Below are positions 30,133 to 40,348 of a DNA stretch of 64,000 nucleotides, in pieces. Below the pieces are notes generated by a model. It saw only the letters and a program-made list of their open reading frames with translations. It was not told the origin of the DNA and ran no database searches. A program made the position numbers and the translations under genes. The DNA is from Deltaproteobacteria bacterium. Lineage in GTDB: Bacteria; Myxococcota_A; Polyangia; HGW-17; SLPX01. The first letter of the stretch is position 1, and the number at the start of each line of letters is the position of its first letter. The DNA lies in assembly GCA_021162935.1 (NCBI GenBank), contig JAGGXR010000052.1, positions 56,631 through 120,630 of the forward strand, given 5' to 3'.

Positions 30133-30165
30133 CAAAAAACGCAACAGGCCGGCATAGGCCGGCCT
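30133..30165 (-). terminator. Rho-independent terminator of tRNA-Gly (hairpin ggccggc-ata-ggccggcc plus T-run on the minus strand)
   Basis: The minus strand reads agaggccggcctatgccggcctgttgcgttttttggg, immediately 3' of the tRNA. Confidence 0.7.
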
Positions 30166-30168
30166 CTG

Positions 30169-30241
30169 AGCGGGATACGGGACTTGAACCCGCGACTTTC
30201 AGCTTGGGAAGCTGACACTCTACCAACTGAGTTAATCCCGC
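30169..30241 (-). tRNA. tRNA-Gly (anticodon CCC)
   Basis: The minus strand reads GCGGGATTAACTCAGTTGGTAGAGTGTCAGCTTCCCAAGCTGAAAGTCGCGGGTTCAAGTCCCGTATCCCGCT. It has a 7-bp acceptor stem, a D-loop AGTTGGTAGAG, an anticodon stem TCAGC/GCTGA with loop TTCCCAA (CCC), a T-arm GCGGGTTCAAGTCCCGT, and discriminator U. CCA is not encoded. Confidence 0.85.
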
Positions 30242-30279
30242 AAACGAGGTGCTCTATACATTAGGATCGCCTCGAAAGT

Positions 30280-30440
30280 CAAGCCATTGAGGCGACATCC
30301 AAAGCCCGCTGTTCCGACCCTGGATAGGCATCGCATCCTCCAACCATTTCGACATCGAGGAGGCGCGCCGTCGTCCGACCGTCTCGACTTGGAAGAGGCA
30401 TCGCATCGTCCGGCCATTTCGACCTTGAGTAGGCATCGCG
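30280..30440. repeat. Imperfect ~60-bp direct repeats (2-3 units) upstream of tRNA-Gly
   Basis: The blocks …ggataggcatcgcatcctccaaccatttcgacatcgaggaggcgcgccgtcgtccgacc… and …ggaagaggcatcgcatcgtccggccatttcgaccttgag-taggcatcgcgtcg… share the core ggcatcgcatc…ccatttcgac. Confidence 0.6.
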
Positions 30441-30494
30441 TCGTTGGTATGCAGAAATGAGGCATGTCGATACGGGAGAAGCGAGCTGGGCACC

Positions 30495-32045
30495 ATGGCG
30501 AACGGATCGATCCATTCACGAGGAACAAGGAACATATCCTGGCTTGTGGGCAGCCCTATCCGCGGCGCCGCGGCGATCACTTCCAGGCCATCGGTGCCTT
30601 TCGTGACCGCTGCATCCCTCATCGTGGTCGGGGCGTCCCTCATCGTGGTCGGGGCCGGACCAGCCCGGGCACAACCGGCGATCAGGGACGATCATTCCCC
30701 GGCAGTCCCCCAGGCCACGTCACCCAACCCATCACAGAAGGCGTGCGATCGGCATGCGCGAATTCGTCTCCGGATTCCCGAGCAGACGGCATCTTCATTT
30801 TGGACCGGTCGATACGGCTGGCTGGACAACCCCGCGCTCCTGACGAGTCACCTCATGGTGACCGGAGGATTCCTGGCCGGCAGGCGCACGGACAGCTACA
30901 AGGGCCTCAGTCTGGATGGTGCGTCCCAGGATGAAAATTCGTCGTCACCGCCGAGTCTGGGAGGCTGGGTTGCGGTGTCGGGCCCAACCGGTCGCCCGGG
31001 CCTGACGGGGCTTCGGGCGGGAATCGGATTCTGGGAAATCGGCGACCAGGACGTCGCCTACCAGGGATCCAGTGTGATCTCCCGGTTCCTGCTGTCCCGC
31101 CTGAAGCGCCGAGAACATGTCGTCACCGCGGCCCTGGCCTGGGCCGGACGGTCCTTTTCGGTGGGCATCGCGTTCCAGGCGACGCTGGCAGAGCAACAGA
31201 TGGCCTGGAAGTTGTGGGCCGGCACCGACCCGCAATGGCCCAAGGCGGACGAGACGTTCGACCTGCCCATGCACCTGGACCTTACGGACCGGTTCATTCC
31301 AGGGGCTTCGGCTGGTCTGGCTTGGCAGCCCACGAGTCGGCTGCAGTTCCAACTCGGCTTCCGCTGGAGGGGGACCGGGCATCTCCAAGGATCGGTGTCG
31401 TCGGGGCTGATTGCCGGTCGGCCGGACATCCCGATTCAGTCGGGTCGGGCGAGCACGCTGGATCCCATGCAGTTTCGTGGCCATCTGGCGGCTCTGCTCC
31501 GTTTGGGACGGGTCCGGCTGGACCTCGCCTTTGCCGTGGACAATCTGGCGCGTCGGCAGACAGTCGCCAAACTGGGATTCAAATCCGCGTCGGGCACCTT
31601 GGACTCGAATCCTTCAGGATCGGATCCTTCGGGATCGATGAGCATGGACATGCCGAATCAGGCGGTGATTCCAGATGCCGCCATGGGAGGAGGCGTTCGC
31701 ATCGGAGGGGATACCACGGCCATCGTCTCCATCCTGCCAAACCGGCTCGCTATCGATGTGGGGATTGGCGTACGGGGTCGCGTGACCGGTCAAGACGACC
31801 CGCTGGACCGAGCCCACCCCATCGTCAGAGCCGGCCTGGCCATCCTGGTGCACAAAGGTCCGGTGAGCGCGGAACTCGGATACAGCGTTGCCTACGGCCG
31901 AATCGATGCAGATGCCGCAAGCTGGACGTCGATCAACCCCACCGGCGGCCCGGACCTGGCCGGGGGACTCGCCGGTCGAACCGCCGTGACCCACGCCGCA
32001 GTCATGACCATCAACTGGGTCTTCCCTGAACATCTGGTGAGGTGA
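30495..32045 (+). CDS. Hypothetical secreted protein, probable outer-membrane beta-barrel
   Basis: Coding-like codon usage with GC-rich third positions. Signal-like N-terminus with an internal 21-bp duplication (ASLIVVG twice). Many alternating amphipathic stretches (…AALAWAGRSFSVGIAFQATLA…, …AGLAWQPTSRLQFQLGFRWRG…, …LAIDVGIGVRGRVTG…, …HAAVMTINWVF). No family recognised. Confidence 0.4.
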   Translation: MANGSIHSRGTRNISWLVGSPIRGAAAITSRPSVPFVTAASLIVVGASLIVVGAGPARAQPAIRDDHSPAVPQATSPNPSQKACDRHARIRLRIPEQTASSFWTGRYGWLDNPALLTSHLMVTGGFLAGRRTDSYKGLSLDGASQDENSSSPPSLGGWVAVSGPTGRPGLTGLRAGIGFWEIGDQDVAYQGSSVISRFLLSRLKRREHVVTAALAWAGRSFSVGIAFQATLAEQQMAWKLWAGTDPQWPKADETFDLPMHLDLTDRFIPGASAGLAWQPTSRLQFQLGFRWRGTGHLQGSVSSGLIAGRPDIPIQSGRASTLDPMQFRGHLAALLRLGRVRLDLAFAVDNLARRQTVAKLGFKSASGTLDSNPSGSDPSGSMSMDMPNQAVIPDAAMGGGVRIGGDTTAIVSILPNRLAIDVGIGVRGRVTGQDDPLDRAHPIVRAGLAILVHKGPVSAELGYSVAYGRIDADAASWTSINPTGGPDLAGGLAGRTAVTHAAVMTINWVFPEHLVR

Positions 32046-32110
32046 CTGCGCCCACAGTCGGTGACCGCGATGACGAACGCCGGGCTCGTACGAATGCCGG
32101 ACTGCGACGA

Positions 32111-33802
32111 TCATCTATGTGAGCGTGGCCTCATCCGAAGGTGGGTCCGCCCCCTGGTTCGGGCCGATCTTCGACCTCTGGTGCGGCCTCTCGTGCGGCC
32201 ACGGAGCCGTCCCCTGGTCCGTCGGGCGTTTGTCCGACTGTGGCCGGCTCGCGCCTCGCGCTTCTTCCGCTCGGCTTCCATCCGTTGCTTCCGCTTCGCC
32301 TTGGCCCGCCCAATCCGCCGATCGAGCCTCCCGAGGGCCGCTTCAATCACATCACCTGCCGGCATGACCACCGGATGGGTGACCGTCATAGAGGCCAACC
32401 GTTCCACGAGAGGCACGGTCATGCGACGGAACGCCCCCATCTCCCGAGCAGGAATACCAGGAGCCCGGATCGCCTTGAATTTGAGCGGGTCCACGTACTC
32501 GCCGTTCACCTTGATCCCGAAGTGGAGATGCGGCCCGGTTGATCTACCCGTCGAGCCCACGTACCCGATGACCTGCCTCTGACGCACCGTGACGCCCTTC
32601 TTGATCCCGCGAGCGAACCGAAGCAGGTGCATGTACACGGTCGTAATGTTGCTCTCGTGCTCGACCACGACCATATTCCCTGCCGCCCGGTTTCTGGCTG
32701 CAAAGGCCACTTCACCGTCGGCGGCCGCCCAAACTGGGGTGCCCGATGGCGCAGCAAAGTCCACGCCGAGGTGCGCTCGGTATCGGTGCAGGATCGGATG
32801 GAATCGATGCCGGTTGAACTTCGAAGTGATCTTGGTGTAACGAAGCGGGGTCTTGATGATATTGCGCCGAAGGGAACGTCCACGCTGGTCGAAATATCCC
32901 GTTCTCCCCGATGCGGTCTGGTACCAAACTGCCGTGCTCCGCTTCGTCTTCCCCTCGTACCTGGCGGCAAGGAGACGTCCGTACCGGTAGAAGGAACCGT
33001 CGAGATACTCTTTCTCCAACACGAGTTTGATGATGTCGCCCTTGTGGAGATCCGTGTAGAAGTTAAGGTCCCAGGACAGAGCGCGGATGATGAGGCCGGC
33101 GACCGTGGGCTTTTCCCCAGATTTGCGCACCGAGGCATACAACGGCCCGGTGACCGGAACCCCCACGAGCACGATGCGACGCTCGATGGGCTTCGCCGAC
33201 CGCTCGGCCACAAGCCGGTCGCCCACGCGACGGACGAGATACACCACGGCCGGAGCCGCCCGAAACTCAAACTCGAACACGTGCTTGCCGTCACCGCTGA
33301 CACGAACAGTGAAGGTCTGCCCGGGGCGAGCCCTTCTGAAATTATAAAGAGGAGCCAAGGTGCCGACGATCCGGTCGGTCAGGTGTCGGGTCAGACCAAG
33401 TCGCTTGAACGCCGTGTACAGATTGTCGCCACGCCGGATCTTGCCGGACAGGACGCGGCTGTCCATGTCCGATAGGTCGCCATCCACATGGCTCGTCCCA
33501 TGCTGTGCCCCGCCCACGAGTGCGGCGGGAACGTCCAGATCCACCGGCGACTTTCCGCGTTTACGAAACCGCGCCGCCGCCCCGGCGTGTTTCACCGACC
33601 CGACGACCGCTCTCTTACGGACCTTGACGAATGACTTCCGCCCCCAGACGAACACCCAGAGATTCACCAACACGAGCACCGAAAACACACCAACCACGAT
33701 GAGCTTGACGCGCGTATTCCGAGCCGTCTTACCACGGGTTTTCGGAATCTTCGGTAGTCTGAGTCGGCCATGCCGTCGTGCTGTTCGCCGATTGTACTTC
33801 AT
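32111..33802 (-). CDS. M23-family peptidoglycan metalloendopeptidase with N-terminal TM anchor and Arg-rich C-terminal tail
   Basis: …HLGVDFAAPSGTPVWAAADGEVAFAARNRAAGNMVVVEHESNITTVYMHLLRFARGIKKGVTVRQRQVIGYVGSTGRSTGPHLHFGIKVNGEYVDP carries the HxxxD…HxH M23 motifs. The C-terminal RGRTRGRTRGRR tail comes from a short GC-rich repeat. Confidence 0.85.
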   Translation of the reverse strand: MKYNRRTARRHGRLRLPKIPKTRGKTARNTRVKLIVVGVFSVLVLVNLWVFVWGRKSFVKVRKRAVVGSVKHAGAAARFRKRGKSPVDLDVPAALVGGAQHGTSHVDGDLSDMDSRVLSGKIRRGDNLYTAFKRLGLTRHLTDRIVGTLAPLYNFRRARPGQTFTVRVSGDGKHVFEFEFRAAPAVVYLVRRVGDRLVAERSAKPIERRIVLVGVPVTGPLYASVRKSGEKPTVAGLIIRALSWDLNFYTDLHKGDIIKLVLEKEYLDGSFYRYGRLLAARYEGKTKRSTAVWYQTASGRTGYFDQRGRSLRRNIIKTPLRYTKITSKFNRHRFHPILHRYRAHLGVDFAAPSGTPVWAAADGEVAFAARNRAAGNMVVVEHESNITTVYMHLLRFARGIKKGVTVRQRQVIGYVGSTGRSTGPHLHFGIKVNGEYVDPLKFKAIRAPGIPAREMGAFRRMTVPLVERLASMTVTHPVVMPAGDVIEAALGRLDRRIGRAKAKRKQRMEAERKKREARAGHSRTNARRTRGRLRGRTRGRTRGRRSARTRGRTHLRMRPRSHR

Positions 33803-33886
33803 GTCTCTTACGAGACTACATCATAATGGCTGAGCGTCAATTTTACGAATGGCCGCGGAAAAATCATTCGGGAAGACGCCTCTTCG

Positions 33887-36370
33887 TCACCCTGCATTCA
33901 GACTCTCGACCGCTGCCTCGACCCCTTCGATCAGGGCCTGCTTGAGCAGGGGACTGGGCAGGCGCAAAATGCCAGCCGGCAATTCCGATGCAGCCTCACT
34001 ATCCAGGCCGCCAAGCAACACCTTGGCTTCCGGGTTTCGGCTCAAGACCCCTTCGACGAAACTCCGATAGTCAGAAAGGTCCGTGCTGGCCACCACCACG
34101 TCCACGTCATCCTGCAGGGTCTCAAAAGCACTCATGGCATCCTGAGAGCTTCCGGCTCCCACGACGGCGTAGCCTTTTTCCCTCAGCCAGCCCACGGATC
34201 GCTGTCTGGCGTCCTCGTCCGCATCCGCCACCAGGACCCACTTCCGCTCCACGGTCAGGTCCTCGACTTCATCGTTGTCCACGAGGGGCATGTGCAGGGT
34301 CCTGACAACCCGTTCACCCGAATCCTCTCGAACGAATGACTCCCCTTCCGAGAAGGGCAGATACACGATGAATCGACTGCCGACTCCGATACGACTGTCC
34401 ACCTCCACCCATCCTCGATGCTGTTCCACGATCCCATACACGGTGGACAGTCCGAGCCCGGTGCCCTTGCCGGCCTCCTTGGTCGTGTAGAAGGGCTCGA
34501 AAATGTGTTTCACGTTCTCGGGGTCGATGCCCTCGCCCGAGTCCTCCACCACCAAAACGGCGAACTCACCGACCCTGGCCTGAATGACCCGGTCCGCATG
34601 ATCGTCATCCACGTCGCGACGCCCCACCACGATACGCACCGAACCGCCCCCCGGCATGGCATCCCGCGCATTCAGCACGAGATTCAAGATCACCTGTTCA
34701 ATCTGGCCGCGGTCCGCAGAGACGGACAACCCTGGTTCTTCGACGTCCACCTGCACCTGCACCTGGTCGCCCACGAGTCGCGTCATGAGGCCCATCAAGC
34801 CATCGACCACGTCGTCCAGATCCAGCTCGGACGTCGTCATGGCCTGTCGGCGGCTGAACGCTAAAAGCTGCCGCGTCAGCTTCGCCGCCCGCTCGGCATC
34901 CTCCTGAATGCCGCCGATCGCCTTTCGTACTCCGGAATCCTCGATCCGACCGGGCCGAAGCAGCAATTCACAATAGCCCAGGATCCCGGTCATCACGTTG
35001 TTGAAATCATGGGCCACACCTCCGGCCAGCCTCCCAACCACCTCGATCGTGTGGAGCCGTTGGAGATGCTGCTGCGTCTTCTTGAGGGCCTCGGCAGCCT
35101 GTTTCCTCTGGGAAATGTCCCGAGCCATCACGCAGGCCACCTGCTTTTCGCCATATTCGACCAAACTCGTGGACACGTCCACGTCCAGGAAGGACCCATC
35201 CCGTCGCCGGTATCGCCGCTCCCCCACGAAGGACGAATGAGCACGAACCGCCAGGTCCAATTCGTCCTGGTCCGCATCCGAATCGACCACCACGAAATCA
35301 TCCAAGCTCAGGTCCGACAGGTCATCACTGTCGTACCCCAGCATGCGACGCCAGGTCTGATTGGCCTCCAAAATCTGATGCGATTCCAAATCCACCAAAA
35401 AGATCCCATCGGCACTCTGGGTCACGACCGCGCGATACTTCTCCTCACTGAGTTTGAGCGCCCGCTCGGCTGCCTCCTCTTCGGTCACATCTCGCACAAT
35501 GCCGAAGGCCCCGGAAAACTCCCCGCTCTCATCCATCCAGGGAGTCGCCGTGACCTGGAGTCTGCGAACTTCTCCATTGGGGCGACAGACCGTGATCCGG
35601 TAGGTCGACCGTTCCCCGTGGCGTCTCTTTTCCGTCTCTTGCTTCAGCCGATCGAAGTCTTCCTTCTCGACGAAATCATCCAGACAACGCCCCTGCAGTT
35701 CATTCACCGACACGCCGAACATCTCGGCGGTGATCCGATTGCACAGCAACACCTTCTCATCGGGTCCCACCAGCGCGAGCCCCTCACCCTGCCGCTCGAT
35801 GAGCGCCCGATAACGCTCATCGATCTGGTCGAGCGCCTGCTCGGCCCGTTTCTGCTCGGTGATGTCCTCGACGCTGCCCTCGAAAACCATGGGCTGCCCC
35901 GACACTCCGAAAACGACACGACAGGTCTCACGTACCCACAGAATCGAGCCATCACGACGCCGCAGGCGGACCTCGTGCTCACGAATGATGCCTCTTTGAA
36001 GCAACAGCTCCTTCCAGCGTCGGCGGTCATCGACGTCCCAATAGAACTGATCGGACCGAGCGCCCACCAGGGCCTCCGCTCGATCCCAGCCCAGCATGTC
36101 CGCCAACGTCTGATTGACCCCGACGAATCGCCCATCCACCGTACTGCGATACAGCCCGATGGGCAGGTTCTGAAAGAAGTCCCGGTACATCAGCTCCGAA
36201 GGCAACCACCCACGGCGCTGCAGCCCTTCGTGGATCCGCCCCACGGAATGCTTGATCGCCGTTGCCCACTTCTTGCGAGCCCCCGTCCATGTCCCCTCTT
36301 CGGACCGCTGCGTCGAATCATACCCCCCCTTTTCCTTCGACGCCGGTTTCTTTCCGTTCTTCTCCGTCAT
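33887..36370 (-). CDS. Multi-PAS hybrid sensor histidine kinase / response regulator
   Basis: At least four PAS-like modules, an H-box …HDFNNVMTGILGYCELLL…, an HATPase_c region (…VLNLVLNARDAMP…GTGLGLSTVYGIV…), and a C-terminal REC domain (…VLVADADEDARQRSVGWLREKGYAVVGAGSSQDAMSAF…). Start is placed at ATG 36370, which has a GGAG Shine-Dalgarno; the track ORF starts at 36421. Confidence 0.85.
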   Translation of the reverse strand: MTEKNGKKPASKEKGGYDSTQRSEEGTWTGARKKWATAIKHSVGRIHEGLQRRGWLPSELMYRDFFQNLPIGLYRSTVDGRFVGVNQTLADMLGWDRAEALVGARSDQFYWDVDDRRRWKELLLQRGIIREHEVRLRRRDGSILWVRETCRVVFGVSGQPMVFEGSVEDITEQKRAEQALDQIDERYRALIERQGEGLALVGPDEKVLLCNRITAEMFGVSVNELQGRCLDDFVEKEDFDRLKQETEKRRHGERSTYRITVCRPNGEVRRLQVTATPWMDESGEFSGAFGIVRDVTEEEAAERALKLSEEKYRAVVTQSADGIFLVDLESHQILEANQTWRRMLGYDSDDLSDLSLDDFVVVDSDADQDELDLAVRAHSSFVGERRYRRRDGSFLDVDVSTSLVEYGEKQVACVMARDISQRKQAAEALKKTQQHLQRLHTIEVVGRLAGGVAHDFNNVMTGILGYCELLLRPGRIEDSGVRKAIGGIQEDAERAAKLTRQLLAFSRRQAMTTSELDLDDVVDGLMGLMTRLVGDQVQVQVDVEEPGLSVSADRGQIEQVILNLVLNARDAMPGGGSVRIVVGRRDVDDDHADRVIQARVGEFAVLVVEDSGEGIDPENVKHIFEPFYTTKEAGKGTGLGLSTVYGIVEQHRGWVEVDSRIGVGSRFIVYLPFSEGESFVREDSGERVVRTLHMPLVDNDEVEDLTVERKWVLVADADEDARQRSVGWLREKGYAVVGAGSSQDAMSAFETLQDDVDVVVASTDLSDYRSFVEGVLSRNPEAKVLLGGLDSEAASELPAGILRLPSPLLKQALIEGVEAAVESLNAG

Positions 36371-36425
36371 GTTTGCTCCAACCGATTCGGTCTCATGCGG
36401 CCCGTGCCTCACCACCACCACAAAA

Positions 36426-38126
36426 CTACGACCCAGAACGACCTTTCAGGTTCCGCAAGAGGGCCTCCACGGATGACCGATCTGCATCTGTTCGCCCCCC
36501 CAGCAAGCGCATGTAGGTTTCCAAAAAACGCTTGGATCGCTGTCGCTCACGCAGCCTCAAAGCCGCCAATCCAGCCCATTTCCATGGCTCCGGCTCATTC
36601 GGCGCACGGCGCGATGCCTTCTTCGCGGCACGAAGCGCCAAAGCTGCATTCTTGTATTGCTTGATGAGGACCGCCGCCAGGAACACGTTGCCGTAGTAGT
36701 TGTTCGGCCGCTGCTTCAGCACCGCCCTGGCCCGCTGTTCCACCGCGCCAAACCGACCTGCAATCAGCAGGGCCCTGGTCCCTTTCAAAACCTTGGGCAG
36801 TCGCCCCTTGCCCACCGCCGCACGTGGTACCGTCCTGCGAACCAAGGGAAGCAACCGGACCGGACGGGCGCCAGCCCTTGCCCTGCTGGGACGGCGAGAC
36901 TTGACCACAGAAGGCACCCATCCGGATCCGCCTCGACTCGCAGCTGCCGGCTTCCTGACACTCAGGCCCAACAGACTCGGCCGGCCTGACCGACCCCGTC
37001 CGCTCTTGCGGACGTGGACCATGGCGGGGAGCCGGGCCTCGACCTGCTTCGCACGAACGAGCAGTTTCGCCGCCTCATCGGGCTTTCCCATGCTCTTGAG
37101 CAACGAAGCTCCGATCCGCAGGGACTTCGCACTCAACCGTCCATCCAAAGCGATATGGAGATGGAAGGCCGCGTCCTCACGTCGCCCCCGGTTCCACAAA
37201 AGAGATGCCAGGTGCATTCGTCCATCGTTGAATCGCTCCACACGCCGCAAGCCGAGCTTGAGCACCATCTGTGCTCCTGCAAGGTCCCCTGCCCTCTCGA
37301 GCACCTCGCTGAGCACCAGATAAGGCAAACCGACCCGAGGCCAGGAGCCCATGGTCTTGCGGAGCATCCGTTCCGCCCGCGCGCGGTCTCCGTTGTCGAG
37401 CACAGACAGCGCTGCAGCAACCGCCTTTCTGACCACAGCCACACCCGACGGCTCCCTGGCTTTCCCGACCGAACTTCGGGGACCTGTCCGCCTCGCCTTC
37501 AGCGCCTTTTCGAGCAGAGCCAGCCGAGTCCCTGCTCTCACAACCCACTGTCTGGCCCAGGATCGTCGCTCCAAGCTCACGTATCGGGACAGAGCCTCGG
37601 CCGCCTTGGCGTCCTTGCCAAGCGCCTGGTAGGACAAACCGAGGCCAAAAAGTGGACTCGGGTCCGTGGGGGCCAACCGAAGCGCCCGACGCGCCGCAAC
37701 AATCGAAGCACCGTGCTTGCCCTGGCCACGCAGGGCCGTGGCCAGGCAGTACCAGTACCACGCCCGTTTCGGATACTTCCTAACCATCTTCGCGTAGAAA
37801 ACCTCGGCCTTGCGATGCTGGTTGAGATGAAAATAGAGAGGCCCGATTCGAACGGCAGCCCACTGGGGGTCGACCGCAGCCACCCTCTCGTAGGCCCGAA
37901 CGGCGCGAGAAAAATCCTGTTTGAGCAGGGCTGCTTTGGCTTCCTGTTTCCAATTTTGGACGGGAGGAACTTTCGCAGCAGAACGCGCACGTTCATGCTT
38001 GGGCGCATCTGCAGCCAAGGCGGACGTCGGGCCCGTCGCCATCACCCACGCCGCGACGACGAACCAAACGGCACAGGATGTCACCTGTCGATTGAACCTC
38101 ATTCTGCTCCATCCATGCACCTTCAT
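36426..38126 (-). CDS. Secreted tetratricopeptide-repeat (TPR) protein, co-operonic with the hybrid kinase
   Basis: Signal peptide (…VVAAWVMATGPTSALAADA) and multiple TPR-like helices (…AVRAYERVAAVDPQWAAV…, …WYCLATALRGQGKHGASIVAARRALRLAPTDPSPLFGLGLSYQALG…). Its stop lies 5 bp from the kinase ORF. Confidence 0.75.
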   Translation of the reverse strand: MKVHGWSRMRFNRQVTSCAVWFVVAAWVMATGPTSALAADAPKHERARSAAKVPPVQNWKQEAKAALLKQDFSRAVRAYERVAAVDPQWAAVRIGPLYFHLNQHRKAEVFYAKMVRKYPKRAWYWYCLATALRGQGKHGASIVAARRALRLAPTDPSPLFGLGLSYQALGKDAKAAEALSRYVSLERRSWARQWVVRAGTRLALLEKALKARRTGPRSSVGKAREPSGVAVVRKAVAAALSVLDNGDRARAERMLRKTMGSWPRVGLPYLVLSEVLERAGDLAGAQMVLKLGLRRVERFNDGRMHLASLLWNRGRREDAAFHLHIALDGRLSAKSLRIGASLLKSMGKPDEAAKLLVRAKQVEARLPAMVHVRKSGRGRSGRPSLLGLSVRKPAAASRGGSGWVPSVVKSRRPSRARAGARPVRLLPLVRRTVPRAAVGKGRLPKVLKGTRALLIAGRFGAVEQRARAVLKQRPNNYYGNVFLAAVLIKQYKNAALALRAAKKASRRAPNEPEPWKWAGLAALRLRERQRSKRFLETYMRLLGGRTDADRSSVEALLRNLKGRSGS

Positions 38127-38341
38127 GTCCCACGCTCTCCTGACATTCTGGGCATATCATAAATACATCGATCCGGGAACGGATTCCATGAAATGTCGCA
38201 AAGGCGACCTGCTCCGCCTGTTTTCGAAGACTTGGTTCTGAGCCCGCTTGGGGTATACTGCAGGACAAATCATCATTGCCGTCAGACCTCCTGGGACAGC
38301 ATCGGAGCACGAGACTGACGGACAACCAGCAGGAACCGACC

Positions 38342-40348
38342 ATGAACCATGGCAGATCCACGGCAGGTCGCCGGGCCCGATTGACCAACTGGCTGCTTGC
38401 CACATCGAAGCCGTGGCTCATGCGCAGCCCAGCCATCGTGCTCACCTCCGTGCTCGCTGCCTGTTGGAGCCACAAGCCGCTGTACGAAAGCACAAAAGCG
38501 CACCCGACGACGCCAGCATCCAAGGAGATGCACAAACAAATCCGTCCGGTCCAAATCGTCATGCCTTTGCCCCCCGTCACCCTCTGCGGCGTCCTACCCC
38601 GTCCGGTCCAATTCGCCCTGCCGTTGGCCCCATGGTTCCATGGCCGTCGTTCCACGATCATGGCCAAAGCCCTGGCGAATTTTCAACGACTGGGAGGAAG
38701 GCGTCTGCTGAGACCTGCGTCGCACGCGCCATCGGCCCACACGAAACCTCCCACTGCTTTGCCGACAGACAGGCGCTTCATGCAAGCCGCCGAGGTTCTG
38801 ACTTGGGTCCTGCTCAACCACGCTAGAATCGATGCCCCGCTGCCCGGAGATGCCCTTCGATCTGGTCTCTTGAAGGTGCTCGAACGCGTCGCCCTTAGGC
38901 CTCGATCGCCGGCCTCCATGACCGGCGCCATGGCGGAACTGGCCGATCGAATGGGCGACCAGGTCACAGCAACACATCTGTATCGAATCTACCTCGAAAA
39001 GACCAACGTCCCGGCCAGACCGTCCCAGAAGGGACGTCGGTCGCCGTACTCATGGCACGGAAACCGGGTCCCGCAAAAAGGCCACCTGACGAAGAGCCAA
39101 CGCAGGGCACGAGACATCGAGCAGGGTCGAACCGTCGCACGTTTGTGGCTCGCCCAGTACTTTTTGGCCCACGGTCGTACGGCCGATGCACAGGCATTAC
39201 TGAAAACGACGCAGGCCGCGCTCTCTCCAAGAACGACGCCCAGTCGCACGGACCTCATCACGAAAGTCCTCATGGCCTGGACCACCCTGTCGTCCGACCG
39301 ATTCGTCCGAGCGCTCCATCAGATGTGGCGCGTCTATCGTCTTCAGGCAAAACATCCCGGACTGCTCGACGAAAACGACCGCCTGGCGCTTCTTCAATCC
39401 ATGGTCGTGGCCTACTCGTTGTCGGCACGGGCGGATCGTGCACGTGCCTTTTTTCAGAAAACGCTGCGGTCTGCGGACCAACCTCTCCTTGGACGGCTCC
39501 TGTGGTCCCTGCTGGAACGGTATGAGCAGCGGGGGTGCTTCGACCGGGTGATCCAACTCGGAGACCTGACCAAACTCCCGCCGGCAAAAAGAATCGGAAT
39601 CAATCCAGATCATATCCTCTTGGCGCGAGCGGAGGCATTTCTCAACCTGGCCCGCTGGCCAGACGCAATCACGTCCATCGGTCGACTCACCAACAAGTCC
39701 ATGAAATCGGCGCAACGGCTCATCTGGAGTTGGGCCGTCCTCCTCCACCAGACATTCGTCGGCAGCCTCGCGTTGCCCCAGGCCAAGGCTGCCGATGACC
39801 TGTACCGTATCTACCAACAGACTTCCGGTCTCTCCCAGAAGGAGCAGGATCGAGTTCTCAAGTATCGAGCCGCACTGACGCTCTTCAGGAAACAGGTTCG
39901 GCTAGCAGCAGCGTCGCATGAACGTCAGCCGGCCCCTCGCCCCCAAGGGGCGCTGCCGAAGAGGACCGTCGAAGCAATGCTGACCGCACGGCTCCTGCAG
40001 GCCGCCCACTGCCACGCAGTTTGGAAAAGATCTCACGCGGACGGCCCCATCTCGCTCTTGGTGGAAATGGGCATCGACCCGACCGGAACGGTCATCAGGA
40101 GCCGGATCACGGAGAAGTCCGGTCCGAATCATGCCACAAGGGCCTGCAGCCCGGAGCATACGTCCCTGTGTCATTGCATCCAGCGACGCATCCTAGGATG
40201 GCGATTTCCCTCCTATCGAGCCGCAAATGGTTCCTTGATCGTACGGATCCCTCTGCATTTCTGCCGGACCAGGCGACACGACACGAATTCGGATGGCCAA
40301 GGGAATCATCTGCAAACCACATCTCTCCGTCAGGGGAGGATCCCGTGA
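38342..40348 (+). CDS. Hypothetical protein with a C-terminal AgmX/PglI-type (TonB-C-like) domain
   Basis: Long helical, TPR-like middle region. C-terminus …GPISLLVEMGIDPTGTVIRSRITEKSGPNHATRACSPEHTSLCHCIQRRILGWRFPSYRAANGSLIVRIPLHF resembles TonB-C / AgmX-PglI C-terminal domains. Start is uncertain (38276, 38342 or 38420; possible lipobox LAAC). Confidence 0.4.
   Translation: MNHGRSTAGRRARLTNWLLATSKPWLMRSPAIVLTSVLAACWSHKPLYESTKAHPTTPASKEMHKQIRPVQIVMPLPPVTLCGVLPRPVQFALPLAPWFHGRRSTIMAKALANFQRLGGRRLLRPASHAPSAHTKPPTALPTDRRFMQAAEVLTWVLLNHARIDAPLPGDALRSGLLKVLERVALRPRSPASMTGAMAELADRMGDQVTATHLYRIYLEKTNVPARPSQKGRRSPYSWHGNRVPQKGHLTKSQRRARDIEQGRTVARLWLAQYFLAHGRTADAQALLKTTQAALSPRTTPSRTDLITKVLMAWTTLSSDRFVRALHQMWRVYRLQAKHPGLLDENDRLALLQSMVVAYSLSARADRARAFFQKTLRSADQPLLGRLLWSLLERYEQRGCFDRVIQLGDLTKLPPAKRIGINPDHILLARAEAFLNLARWPDAITSIGRLTNKSMKSAQRLIWSWAVLLHQTFVGSLALPQAKAADDLYRIYQQTSGLSQKEQDRVLKYRAALTLFRKQVRLAAASHERQPAPRPQGALPKRTVEAMLTARLLQAAHCHAVWKRSHADGPISLLVEMGIDPTGTVIRSRITEKSGPNHATRACSPEHTSLCHCIQRRILGWRFPSYRAANGSLIVRIPLHFCRTRRHDTNSDGQGNHLQTTSLRQGRIP

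Noticed and set aside
30133-30241. tRNA-Gly as integration site of a genomic island
   Set aside because: The tRNA 3' end abuts the EF-G gene. No integrase, direct repeat of the tRNA 3' end, or compositional shift is visible in the window.
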